A DNA stretch of 59,206 nucleotides, filler included, from Sphacelaria rigidula (taxonomy: Eukaryota): the NCBI GenBank assembly GCA_964200075.2. It is 9 parts of 9 records of this genome, joined end to end, with 100 filler letters (N's around TTAATTAATTAA, not from the genome) between each part and the next. Parts side by side here need not be neighbours in the genome. Positions count along the whole stretch, not along the records: positions 6,591 to 13,080 come from CAXNAA020019768.1; positions 13,181 to 19,670 come from CAXNAA020019769.1; positions 19,771 to 26,260 come from CAXNAA020019770.1; 6 more parts are not named here. The stretch is one strand, 5' to 3'. A program made the translations under genes and the position numbers. The notes beneath the pieces are model-generated. The model had not been told where the DNA came from. It did no database searches and saw only the letters and a list, made by a program, of their open reading frames with translations. This document shows positions 12,328 through 23,267 of this stretch, piece after piece (positions within the stretch are counted from its first letter, which is position 1; each line of letters begins with the position of its first letter).

Positions 12328-12973
12328 TGTCATGAAGACGCATGTTAGCCTGTTGTCATGCCGCTTCAGACCCGTTGTCGAGTCTGGCTATCTGCATTTC
12401 TGGCTATTCGTGTTTAGAGTATTCTAAGACACAAGACTGCAGGTCTGTTCAGAGTTGGTCAGGTACGAGTGTGAACTTGTATATTGCAGAGATCACGTCG
12501 ACTTTGTTCGTCGCAGCACGAACGAAGCTCCCACCACCTTTCACTACTCTCCTCTACCCTTCCAGCAAAATACGTCTGAGCATCGGTGAGACTGATTAAC
12601 TGAGCGTTAGATTGGATTGGTTAACTGTATACTGGGAGGTAGAGACAAAATAATAAAGATGAACAAGAGGAATGCGCGTGAGACCTTATCCTGATACGCT
12701 GTGTGAGAAGTTGTGCCGAGCTGTGCCGAGCTGTGCCGAGCTGTGCCAGACTGTCTATTGTCCACTTGCCTTGTGAGCCTGTGCTTGGACTGTAAGCTGT
12801 GCCTTGTTATAACAGCACCGCCTCTTCATTACATTTCATTGTCGTAATGATGGTATAGCTAATGCACTGGCTGAGGTCTCTCAGTACGAGTACCAGGAGA
12901 GATACCGTTGGTTCCAGCTAACCAAGCTCTCACGTGGGCACACCGTACGACCTATAGCTATCCATCATGAACA
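12328..12973 (+). repeat. Putative 3' LTR of the Gypsy element
   Basis: GGGCGGGTTAG purine tract directly before TGTCATGA; ends at TCATGAACA (near-inverted). Internal AATAAA at ~12652. No second LTR is present to confirm. Confidence 0.45.
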
Positions 12974-13180
12974 ATCACAGAGTAGGTTCATTCATGTGTA
13001 GACTGCTGGCTGGGAACTCACGTGTTTCATAGCATCATATTATATCTACAAGCAGCTCTCTTACTCAGTACAGCCGACCANNNNNNNNNNNNNNNNNNNN
13101 NNNNNNNNNNNNNNNNNNNNNNNNTTAATTAATTAANNNNNNNNNNNNNNNNNNNNNNNNNNNNNNNNNNNNNNNNNNNN

Positions 13181-13252
13181 CCGAGAATCGAACCCCACAA
13201 CTCAACTACCAGAAGGGTACGAGGTTACCAACTGAGCCACCGGGGCGACCGG
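13181..13252 (-). mobile_element. tRNA-derived SINE head (cut by contig start)
   Basis: Reverse complement has Pol III A box TGGCTCAGTTGG and B box GGTTCGATTC; matches the copies at 21441 and 42077. Confidence 0.8.
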
Positions 13253-14779
13253 TAGGCGTGAACATCTGCAGATGTAGGTATAGGCGCTGAGTATGGTGGA
13301 GTTGTGCTTCCACGTCAGTGTTGTGTCGCCCGATTTCGATAACGGAACAGGTATATTATTGGTGCGCAGATCGAACGTCTTTCTCATGTTGCAACATATC
13401 CCCTGCATACCCACTGTCGTCGAGTACGTCCGTCGAGCCAAGCATGCATAGGAAATGTTTTCATTGTGCGGGTGAAGAAAGTACGAAGGGATTCTCCCAC
13501 ACCTTTACCAAATACATGTAACTGTTTCGTGGCGACGTTCATGTTGCTCATGTCAGGAACTAGAGTACAAATTCTTCCGGAGAGTGCAAATATACTGTAC
13601 CGTAATGTACGATAAGATGCGAAGACAACGCGGGCATTTTGATTTTAGCCTCGAGTTTCCGTTGGGTTTCACATCGATGTTCCAGACGCGGTCGTTTTGT
13701 TGGGCTTCAGCCGTGTACTGTCAACGGCAATTCCAACTTTTGGCGCGGTTTAAGCAGAAAACGGTGTACTGCAAGACAGGTGCGTATACCTGGTGACACT
13801 TCGATGGCTGCCAAATCGCTACCACGCTTTGACGGCCGTTGGCGTCGTGAAATAGGCCTACTCCCGACCAATTCTGAATGTCCTGGAAGCGAAACATTAC
13901 TCGGGCTCAGTATGTGAGCGTTGAACAAACTTGAACTTTTTTGAAGCATTTTCCTCCCCAATAAGCTCGGAATAGAGGCAAGTGGTGGATCCAAATGGAA
14001 ACTGCCCCACCCAGCCTGGGCAAGACGGTGAGCACAAGAACTTTGTACGGGTAGATTCATGTTGTTAATGGTTGACTGCTACGCCGTTTCTGGTGTTTCT
14101 GCCTTTACCGTGGCATACTGTACCGCGCATTCGGACAATTTTTCTCCTTCTCACAAGTGTGATCATTTTCAACATTAACCGAGCGGGAAGGAGAACAGCT
14201 TGGTTGCAGTGTAGCGATGTTCCTGTTTAGAGAGTGTGGGTTTCCGTGCGGGTTGAAGACGAGACCCCAGATTCGAGAGTGGGTCAAGTCTCCCAGGTGC
14301 GGGTTGTTGGTCAAATCACTTCATCTTGATGCCCTAAAAACAAATAGAGAACGCTCGGCTCTGCTGCACTCAATTGTAGTATCGGATTGTACTGCACTAC
14401 TCAAGTTGCGTCAAAATATCGCGGCCTCATGCTGTTCTGCCCGTCATACGCTTGCATCAAAATGTCCGCATTCATCAATTCATGTGTGAGCTTCAGATAT
14501 GAAGCCATATTGGATGATGTCGTCACATACTTCACAGAAACGTGACTCTGTGGCAGATTACAGACTCCGAGGTCAGAGCTTCCATCCTTCAGGCGGGTAA
14601 ACAGTCTGGTAGATTCTGGTAAATACAGCCAAAACGCGCCCCCTCCCCAAACCCAGCCAATTCGTCATTATGATTGCTAGCATTTCGTTCGGTACATGGT
14701 GGAACGATATCAGGAGCTTCAAATATCCCATCAAGAGCTGCTCGAAGCGCGTTCGTATGGCTATGAGAAGCAAACACTG

Positions 14780-16086
14780 CCCACGTTGGGCAGACAAGCT
14801 CCCTGTAGCTCGAGCTAGATTTTTTTCATCGTAGCTCCCTAGTGAGCTATGAGCGCTACATGAGCTACGCATGTTTTTCCTGGGTGAGCTATGAGCGCTA
14901 CATGAGCTTCACATGTTTGCCCTACGTGAGCTACCAACCCGTAGCTCATCAGCTCATATTCGTCCTGGGTGAGCTATGCGAGCTGTATGGGCGACACGCG
15001 TTTGCCATAGATGAGCTACCAAACCATAGCTCATCAGCTCATATTAGTCTTGGGTGAGCTGTAAGAGCTGCATGAGCTACGCATGTTTGCCCTGGATGAG
15101 CCATATGAGATGCATTAGCTCCGCATGTTTGCCCTGGATGAGCTGTGAGAGATGCATGAGCAACACATGTTTGCCCTGGATGAGCTGTGAGAGATGCATG
15201 AGCCACACATGTTTGCCCTAGATGAGCTATATGAGCTATGGGAGCTGTATGGGCGACACACGTTTGCCATAGGTGAGCTACCAAACCATAGCTCATCAGC
15301 TCATATCAGTCCTGGGTGAGCTATGGGAGCTGCATGAGCTTCACATGTTTGCCCTACGTAAGCTACCAACCCGTAGCTCATCAGCTCATATTCGTCCTGG
15401 GTGAGCTATGGGAGCTGTATGGGCGACACGCGTTTGCCATAGGTGAGCTACCAAACCATAGCTCATCAGCTCATATTAGTCTTGGGTGAGCTATAAGAGC
15501 TGCATGAGCTACGCATGTTTGCCCTGGATGAGCTATATGACATGCATTAGCTACGCATATTTGCTCTGGATGAGCTATGAGAGATGCATGAGCTACACAT
15601 GTTTGCCCTACGTGAGCTACCAAACCTTAGCTCCTCAGCTCATATTCGTCCCGGTTGACCTATGAGAGCTGTATGGGCGACACGCGTTTGTCATAGGTGA
15701 GCTACCAACACGTAGCTCGTCAGCTCATATCCGTCCTGGGTGAGATATTAGAGCTGCATGAGCTATGCATGTTTGCTCTGGATGAGCTACCAATCCGTAG
15801 CTCATCAGCTCAGATTCTCCCTGGGTGAGCTATGAAAGCTGCATGAGCTACGCATGTTTGCCCTGGATGAGCTACCAACCCATAGCTCATCAGCTCAGAT
15901 TCGTCCTGGGTGAGCTATGAGAGCTGCATGAGCTACACATGTTTGTCCTGGGTGAGTACCAACTCGTAGCTCATCAGCGCACGTTTACCATGTGTTGGGC
16001 TATCGGACGTAGCTCACATGTACATGTTTGACTACAAGTGAGCTACGGCCCGCAGATGAGCTAACTCATGAACTGTTTTACGTGTG
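14780..16086. mobile_element. Non-autonomous TIR element (~1.3 kb) filled with GAGCT/AGCTC motif repeats; probable 8-bp TSD
   Basis: Ends CCCACGTTGGGCAG / CTGTTTTACGTGTG. Flanks AAACACTG (14772-14779) and AAACATTG (16087-16094). A second copy begins CACACGTCGGACAG at 19160. Confidence 0.7.
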
Positions 16087-16328
16087 AAACATTGATATAC
16101 TTTCCTCTGGTCAGTCTCTTTGTGACTTGCGTGGATGAATCAGCACAGCAGTAGGTTTGCTGCCTCCAACTGCGGGACATCTCTGACCCCACCTGTTATT
16201 CACTTCTCGGGACCCTCACCATATCCACACAACCCCCCATTTGGTTTTGTTTGCGCTACTTGACTGCTGTGCCGTTTTTCCGTCTACCAATCAATATACA
16301 TGCCGACCTCCGGGCGACAACCGACCAG

Positions 16329-17238
16329 TGCCGCAAGTAGCCAGAGCCCTGCTGCACCAAGGGTGACGTTTCTCGTGAATGTGTGGCTAAACCACACGCC
16401 CAAAAGTGCCACCCCCTTGCCCGACGAAACAGCAGCGGCGCTTACATCGGGCAGACTCGATATCCATGTTTCTACCGAGAATGATGGTGACCGCAAGTCG
16501 TTCGTTGCACCAACGGTGATCAAAGTCCTCCACCGCGATGACAAGACGGGAGAGGTTGAGCCGGGCGGTGGGAAGAAGGGTGATGATTTGGAGGGAGGCG
16601 GGGCAGGCCAAGACGGAGTGAAATATCCTCCACACCACTGCTCTGGAGAAGTTCCTAAGGAGAATAGTGTCGAGACGTTGAAGTGTTGTAGCAATGGCAG
16701 TGCGGCCGCGACAGCGACTGCCAATGCAGCCGCATGTTGTGACGGCGTCGGAAAGCAGGTAGCATCCACAGGACAGACACGGCAGCACCGGCACCAGCAC
16801 CAGATTGAGGGGAATTCGAAGGATAACGTGGCCAAAAGTAACTCCAACAGTAGTGTATATCCCTCCGGCAGCCATCTTGCGACGAGTACGATGGTCCCTA
16901 TAAAAGAGGAGAGCGAGGTGGTAAAAATGCGATGGCAGTTCGGGGAGGTCGGGGCGGAGTCCATTAAGCAGGTACACGTGCGTCATGACGTGGTCGTACC
17001 GGTACCGTTGAGTTTAATACCAGCGGCGGAAGTCACTGCTGAGGGTGGGTGCGTCGGGTTGCTTGACGGCGAAAGCTTTTGCGTGGTGTTCCCGGCTGCT
17101 GGTACTCGACCTCGCGTGTCTAGGATAGGCAGTGACGATGAGATGTCTACTGAAGGGTCTGATTATGTGTCTTCCGGCGAGTCTGATGAAGAGGACTCTG
17201 ACGGTGCAGATGGGGAGGAGGATGAGGAAGACGAATAA
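16329..17238 (+). CDS. Probable terminal exon of a host gene; possible 2OG-Fe(II) oxygenase-like C-terminal strand plus acidic tail
   Basis: 312-aa open frame preceded by a pyrimidine-rich region and CAG. RVTFLVNVWLNH motif, D/E-rich C-terminus, stop at 17238. Exact acceptor site is uncertain. Confidence 0.55.
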
Positions 17239-18819
17239 CAAAGTGTCTGAAAGTAGTGTAAATGGATCCTAATTTGAAAGAGTGGCTAGTCCTTCACTTT
17301 GCGGAGGGCAAGCCGTAGGGCTCCACGATGAGGGCTGAGTGTGAATTTGTCTGGGAGCATTCGGCCTCGGGACATATTCGCTCCACTCTTCACCACAAAG
17401 ATTGTTCTATTTTCGGGTCGCAGCCTGCGATAGAACTACTGCGGAGTGCCTAACGTTAACGGACGGGGGTACTTGAAGCATTGCTCGGCTGCGGCAAAGT
17501 TCACCGGAGACAGCGAGATACGGATACCTTGTTAGTCACGATAACGCAAACGTCTGCTGAGGTTGTAAGGATCTGGCACTTTATATCGCAGGTACTTGAC
17601 TCTGGCGGCACACCGAGATGGGGAGTGGCAAATAGCAATTTTGAAATACTTGATATTTTCTTGTACGCTAATATCAGTACCGGTTCTGCAGAGAACTAGG
17701 GTTATGTTGTTTGAGTACACATGGACTTGCTTCCGTACAACGGTGCCTCCTTCTGCTGTCACGAATATTGTCAATTTTGTGGTGCTACCGTTCGCAATTT
17801 AATCCTGGTGTTTATGCAGCAGTGACTCGCGTTGCACGCAATATCATGGCCCTTCGCACAAAAACTTGCGAATTCCCATAGTGAGTGGTGGTCGGACAAA
17901 GTGTCGTCGGGTGCCATACCCATGACACCCGTCGTCTCGGGCAACAATCTTGCCGCCCCACGGTGGCATGACTCGAATATTGTAAAAGGCTCCGCTTTTG
18001 TGTGGTGGGCAAGGGACAGTATCGTTCCAGTACCACTACGTAGATATATAGAGTGCCATCGGTCCCAGTAATATTTGATGACGGTTTTTGCTGCCTGTCC
18101 AGCGTAAAACTGCCCCAACTTGCTGTAAAAGGCACACGAAATCCTTGCATGGTAAACTTTTTCCAGTACGCTAACGTTGTCGTTCAACGGTGAGGTCAAG
18201 ACGGCGGGCGTGATGGCGGTATCGTCAATTATTGTATTTTTATATGTGTTTGGTGGGCGCCACATTATGGGATTTGAACGTCATGTGCTGAATCGCTACC
18301 TGACAGACTTTGCAAGTGTTCAAAACAGCCGAACAGCGATACGAGGTACCGCTGAGTGGGAACACGAAACATGAGCAGCACTGCAGACCATCAGAATGGA
18401 TCACCCGCGGACTGCATTGGTGGCTCGAGCGGGCACCAGGGGATCAAGAAGTGAGACGCACGACATCGACGTTCATGGTGGTTGTGTCGTGGACATTAAA
18501 CCCCAGGCTGTTATCGACATCTTGTACAGGGCAGAGTATGAGCTGCCACCGAAAGTCGTCAAGAAGGCCGCAGGCCATTTCGCCGTATGCCGGAGGGCTT
18601 CCAGAGAACGGGCAGCCGTGAAAGCTCCTTCATGTACTCTCTGGGAGTGTACGTGAAGCGCATAACGTTGACGATCCCGTGCACATGTACTACGGCTATT
18701 GTTCGTGTGGTCTTTCTCTATCAACCTCGTGAAGCCGTTCAGATTTTTCGTGAACTGTCATCTGTATTTCGCCACTGTTGTAGTGACGTAGGTCCCACCA
18801 CAGGGATGATCATGACACC

Positions 18820-19159
18820 AAGGTCGTGTTTTGTAGGGTACGGTTTTCTGTATACCCGGGTTATTTTGTCGGGTATTTACCGTTCCCGACAGTTCTGTAA
18901 ACTCTGGAACATTCCCATGCCGGTACCCGACAGTTATGTAATCTCTTCAAGACCTTCATACCCGTACCCGATAGTTCTGTGAGTTCTGTAGACCTCTCGT
19001 ACCGTTGCCGGGGGGCACGGGTATGCTCTTGATGAGATACCCGGTTGCAGGTTTGGTTTTCTGTGCAACACTCATATTAACTACCCGACAGTTTCTGTGA
19101 GTTCTGCAAGTCCCGCATACCCTTACCCGACAGTTCTGTGAGTTCTGTACAAAAACGTT
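18820..19159. repeat. Dispersed repeat with TACCCGACAGTTCTGTGAGTTCTGT motifs (related copies ~57750-57900 and ~58250-58390)
   Basis: The motif recurs several times here. A similar TGTAGGGT..CCCGACAGTTTTGTGAATTCTGT is seen in contig 9. Confidence 0.65.
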
Positions 19160-19467
19160 CACACGTCGGACAGATCAACTCCCTATAGCTCGAGCTAGCT
19201 CTTTCTGAGCGTAGCTCCCTAGTGAACTATGAGAGCTACATGAGCTACGCATGTTTTCCTGGGGTGAGCTATGAAAGCTGTATGACCTACGCATGATTAC
19301 CGTACGTGAGCTACCAACCAGTAGCTCATCAGCTCATATTCGCCCTGGGTGAGCTATGAGAGCTGTATGAGCTACGCACGTTTGCGATAGGTGAGCTACC
19401 AACCCGTAGCTCATCAGCTCAGATGCGTCCTGGGTGAATTGTTGGAGCTGCATAAGCTACGCATGTT
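19160..19467. mobile_element. Truncated second copy (left end) of the GAGCT-rich TIR element
   Basis: Collinear with 14780 onward (CTCCCT.TAGCTCGAGCTAG..GTAGCTCCCTAGTGA). Confidence 0.8.
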
Positions 19468-21118
19468 TCGTCTGTGTAATGCGTGAGAGGACCGCGTGCT
19501 TAGAGGACCGCATCGGAATTTGAACACCCCTATGGTGAGGGTCAGGTTTAGGGGCAGTGTTGAGGTTGGGGTCAGGGGCGTGGTCCCTGAAGGGACTGGC
19601 CCGATTGGGTTTAATAAACAACATCAAATTGTGCGAATTGAGGTTTATCTAAGAGATGAGGTTCAAGCCTNNNNNNNNNNNNNNNNNNNNNNNNNNNNNN
19701 NNNNNNNNNNNNNNTTAATTAATTAANNNNNNNNNNNNNNNNNNNNNNNNNNNNNNNNNNNNNNNNNNNNCCCCCTCCCCCCCCCCCCCCCCCCCCCCCC
19801 CCCATTTGCCCGAAAGTTATGTGCCTGCCTCGGGTCGGGGTCAGCGCTGGTGTTGGTTAGTAAGGTGTGTCAACCATGAGTAGATTGCAGCCGAACTGAT
19901 GTAGGCCCACTTCATTACATCAGGAACCTCGAGGTTGAGAGATGATCAAATGACTTCCGCAGCTGTTGTTGTAACTTCGGAGACTTCCATCGTGTCGCAC
20001 AAAAGTACAGCTCGGTACTCCCACTTGTTCCAAGCATGATTAAACAAGAACCCGCGGCGTTCGTGAGGGGACCGAAACGAGCATAAGAAAAAATCGGAAT
20101 GTAAAAATAGACATTTTTTTCTTATGCCGCAAGGTGTTTTTATTTCCGTGGGTGGAACGGAAGAAAACGTCTCGGAGACTTGTCATTTAATGATAACCGT
20201 CGCGTTGCTCTGTAGTGCTTTTAGATGGCTACAGCAGCAAAACAGGGGGCGCAAGTACATGGCACACTGTGTGCAGGAACCCCGGAGTACCGGTAAAGCG
20301 ATGACGTAGAAAATGATGATGGTGCCAAACTCAATGCATTTCGTGTCGCTAGCTTCCTTGCCGTTTGCAAGGCCTCCGGTGTATCAACCCTTATGGGACC
20401 GATCCTCCAGTCACCAGGGTTGGAGGCCCATCGTGAATCGGTATCATTGTTGGGAAAAAAAACGTAAATGATCCCGATTCACAAATCGACCGATGTTGCA
20501 TGCAAAGGTTACACCTCGTATCAGTGAGAGTCTGGTCCCCAAGGGGGAGAGCTTGTGTCTTGGCGAAAACTAAATAAATAGGAAAAGTGCGGAGGCAAAC
20601 AACAAGTCGGATCTGATATGTCGTTGTTTCTCTGTATTGATTCCTTGCGGCCCCACTTGTACGCCGATGCTGTTGTGAACTTAACCCTTCGACCGCGAGG
20701 GTAGGTCACCTGCTGAATCGGCATCAATAATTAATTGGAAAAAGTATGTATGATGCAGATGGACTACTTGCACCGCGGTCTAAGGGTTGACCCTTTTGGG
20801 ACCGGACTCTCAGAAACGCGATTTACACGTGAAAGCATTTCTATGAACCGACATCATTTTCACATGACAACGAATGGAAATGATGCCGATTCACTGAAGG
20901 ACCCCCAAGTGAAGACCACATGATTCTGGGAATCCATGTCACACGGCTGTGTTCGGAGCGGCTGTGGTTTCTCCAGGTTCAAGCCTCCGGCATGATGAAA
21001 CCCGAAGAAGTCGCGGGTGGATCGTGTGTCTTTTCTGTCTTCGTTGACACCCTGAAATGAAGTACTGTGTACTCTTCGCTTGCCGTCCCCTCCCGTTCGC
21101 CCTCCAACGTGGTCGTAG

Positions 21119-21346
21119 GAAACGCTGCTGAGGTTGGGCAGGGGCATCCCCAACCTGACTGTTGCCACCCTCATCGGCGGTGTGCCTGTAGCGGAGCAGG
21201 CGCGAGCCCTGGCAGGCGGCTGCCATGTGGCAGTGGGGACGCCGGGTCGGGTGCGGTTTTGGATGAAGAAAGGCGTGTTGCATCCGCACAGCGCTAAGAC
21301 TCTTGTGCTGGACTCGGCAGATTGGCTCATGGCCCCTGTTTTCCAG
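21119..21346 (+). CDS. Exon of a DEAD-box-like helicase gene (RecA1 domain; motif II reads DSAD)
   Basis: TAG| acceptor and |GTGTGT donor, phase 0. LIGG, HVAVGTPGRV (motif Ib), LVLDSADWLM. Confidence 0.85.
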
Positions 21347-21440
21347 GTGTGTGGCGATGTGGAGGGGTTGCCGGGCAAGGATTGACTTCTGTGGTGTGTG
21401 CTCGGTACTTGGATTCGTTTTAAAAAAAGAGGATGTAGAA

Positions 21441-21784
21441 CCGGTGGCTCATTTGGTAACCCCGTAACCTTTTGGTGGTTGAGTTGTGGGGGTTCGATTC
21501 TCGGAGCGATCGGGGATTTTTTCTTACACCATGCTCAACAGTGGAGAGCGACTCTGTCGTGGGTACACAAAACTTGACTTCACAGTCGACGAGGGAAAGG
21601 GACTGCTGAACCCCTCGCGATATAAAAACATGGGCAAGCACGGAAGAAGGAAGGTGGGGTACTGAAAACAAATAAAAAATTAAAAGCTTCTGTGTTGACA
21701 ATCCTCCTGTGTGACCCCGGCTGATGCGCCCACATACCCCAAAGGGGTAGACTGGCGTCCAGAATAAATGGGACAACACACACA
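21441..21784 (+). mobile_element. Near full-length tRNA-derived SINE in the helicase intron
   Basis: A box TGGCTCATTTGG and B box GGTTCGATTC. Body shared with 41845-42077. Ends in AATAAA..(CA)n tail. Confidence 0.8.
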
Positions 21785-22397
21785 GATGTACAGTCAATGG
21801 ATCACTGTCTATTCTGAGGGATGCTTCCATAATTCTTGATTTTTTTTTCTTCCGGTAGGATCATGCGTTATCCGTCGAAACGTCCTTTTTCTTGTCAAGA
21901 CCATCAGGAAACCTCAACTCACGTCGAAACAGAAGAATAAATTTGTGTCGGTCATCACTCGTTCTTCACCTGGACACAACGAATGACCGGCGTCGTGTAC
22001 AGCTTTGATCAGTGCTGGCCGAAAATTGTGCACGTCGAATAGCTCGGGCGAGCTCGGGGGAAGGAGAGAGATGACAGCACTGGATGTCCCAGCATTTGTC
22101 GTATGAGTCGACACCGCGCGGCCAGGCGGTATGATGGCACAGCAAGAGTCATTTGAGTGAGTAGAACGGGCTCGATTACCAGGAAATACACTCAGTCCTT
22201 AGTCCGCCATACCAGACTGCAGAATCTGTACCACAGGACAGACGGTTTGATCCCTAGACATGACATAACTCGTTCCGAGGAAAGGGCAGGAGTTGATGGT
22301 GTATTTCCCCCTCCCCCGCCCGAAGAAAAAAGGGTTCCGCATCCATGAAATATACGCCCCGCTTTTCCTATCTTGTGTGCCCGCACATGATGTGCAG

Positions 22398-23267
22398 GAG
22401 GACGTCGGATGGATCGCAGGGAAATTCCCGATGGACAAGCAAGTCCTGGCGTTCTCGGCGGCAGAGCCCTCGGCCATTGAGGACGGACTGCGAGAGCTGG
22501 TAAACTCGCCGCACATCACGTCCATCGGCGGCAGTACCGTCGGCGAGTCCTACGCAGTCGGCACGAACCCGGACAACGCAAACCCGATCTCGACGGTGGC
22601 GGACGTCACGCAAGTCGAGGAGCTGGCCATGACGACCGGCGAGGAAGAAGAGCGGGCCGAGGCAGAAGCAGAGGCAGCCGCCTTGCTGGAGGAGCAGATG
22701 GAAGCCCTAAACGCCATCCAGCGGGATCGCGAGGCGGCGGCGGCGGCGGCAGCTGCCGCCGTGGCTCACGCCGAGCGCGAACTCCTCGCCGCTGAGGAAG
22801 ACCTGCGCGCAACGATTGCCCAGGGAGAGGCCACCATTGGCGGCCCCGTAGGCGAAGCCGCGGCCGAGGCGGCGATGGCAGCTGTGGCTGGCGGCGGAGA
22901 CCGCACCCGCCGTAGTTCGCATCACTCGCAACTGTCTGAACAAGACGCCGCCGAGTTAGCCCTCGTGCGGAACAATGGATTCGGCGCGGTGAGGCTCACC
23001 GCGAGTGGGAAGGCGGCGGCAAACGCCCAGGGGTTGTCTCCGCTCCGAAGCAGAGGGCCGATGGGAGGTATGCGGGTGATGACCAGCGGTAGTGGTGGTG
23101 GTTTGCCTCGAGTTTTCATACCACCTTCTCCCTCGACGGCAGTGGACGCTGCGAGGACGCCGCTTGCCGGAGATGGGCCTGCATTCAAAACACGGGTTCG
23201 TTTGTCGCGGGAAAATCAACTCTACGGCGCGTGGTGCAGACAATCGATTGCCCAGGGGCGGCGCTGA
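22398..23267 (+). CDS. Next (apparently terminal) exon of the DEAD-box-like gene: motif III region then Ala/Glu-rich coiled coil
   Basis: GCAG| acceptor in phase 0 with the previous exon. KQVLAFSAA at the motif III (SAT) position. Stop at 23267. Confidence 0.75.
   Translation, partial: EDVGWIAGKFPMDKQVLAFSAAEPSAIEDGLRELVNSPHITSIGGSTVGESYAVGTNPDNANPISTVADVTQVEELAMTTGEEEERAEAEAEAAALLEEQMEALNAIQRDREAAAAAAAAAVAHAERELLAAEEDLRATIAQGEATIGGPVGEAAAEAAMAAVAGGGDRTRRSSHHSQLSEQDAAELALVRNNGFGAVRLTASGKAAANAQGLSPLRSRGPMGGMRVMTSGSGGGLPRVFIPPSPSTAVDAARTPLAGDGPAFKTRVRLSRENQLYGAWCRQSIAQGRR

Larger units (their letters stand above)
6591..12973 (+). mobile_element. Decayed Ty3/Gypsy LTR retrotransposon with integrase chromodomain (5' part missing)
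   Basis: Domain order RT - RNase H - integrase - chromodomain, followed by a G-rich tract and a putative 3' LTR. Confidence 0.9.

Noticed and set aside
13181..13252. Functional tRNA gene (also 21441, 42077, 53043)
   Set aside because: A/B boxes are present but there is no convincing cloverleaf. The copies are diverged and attached to a shared non-tRNA body, as expected for SINE heads.
14842..15296. Repetitive ORFs (AHPGQTCV.. and SYERYMS..)
   Set aside because: These are by-products of the GAGCT repeat element.
18177..18724. Short coding-like ORFs on both strands
   Set aside because: No recognisable domain or consistent splice signals.
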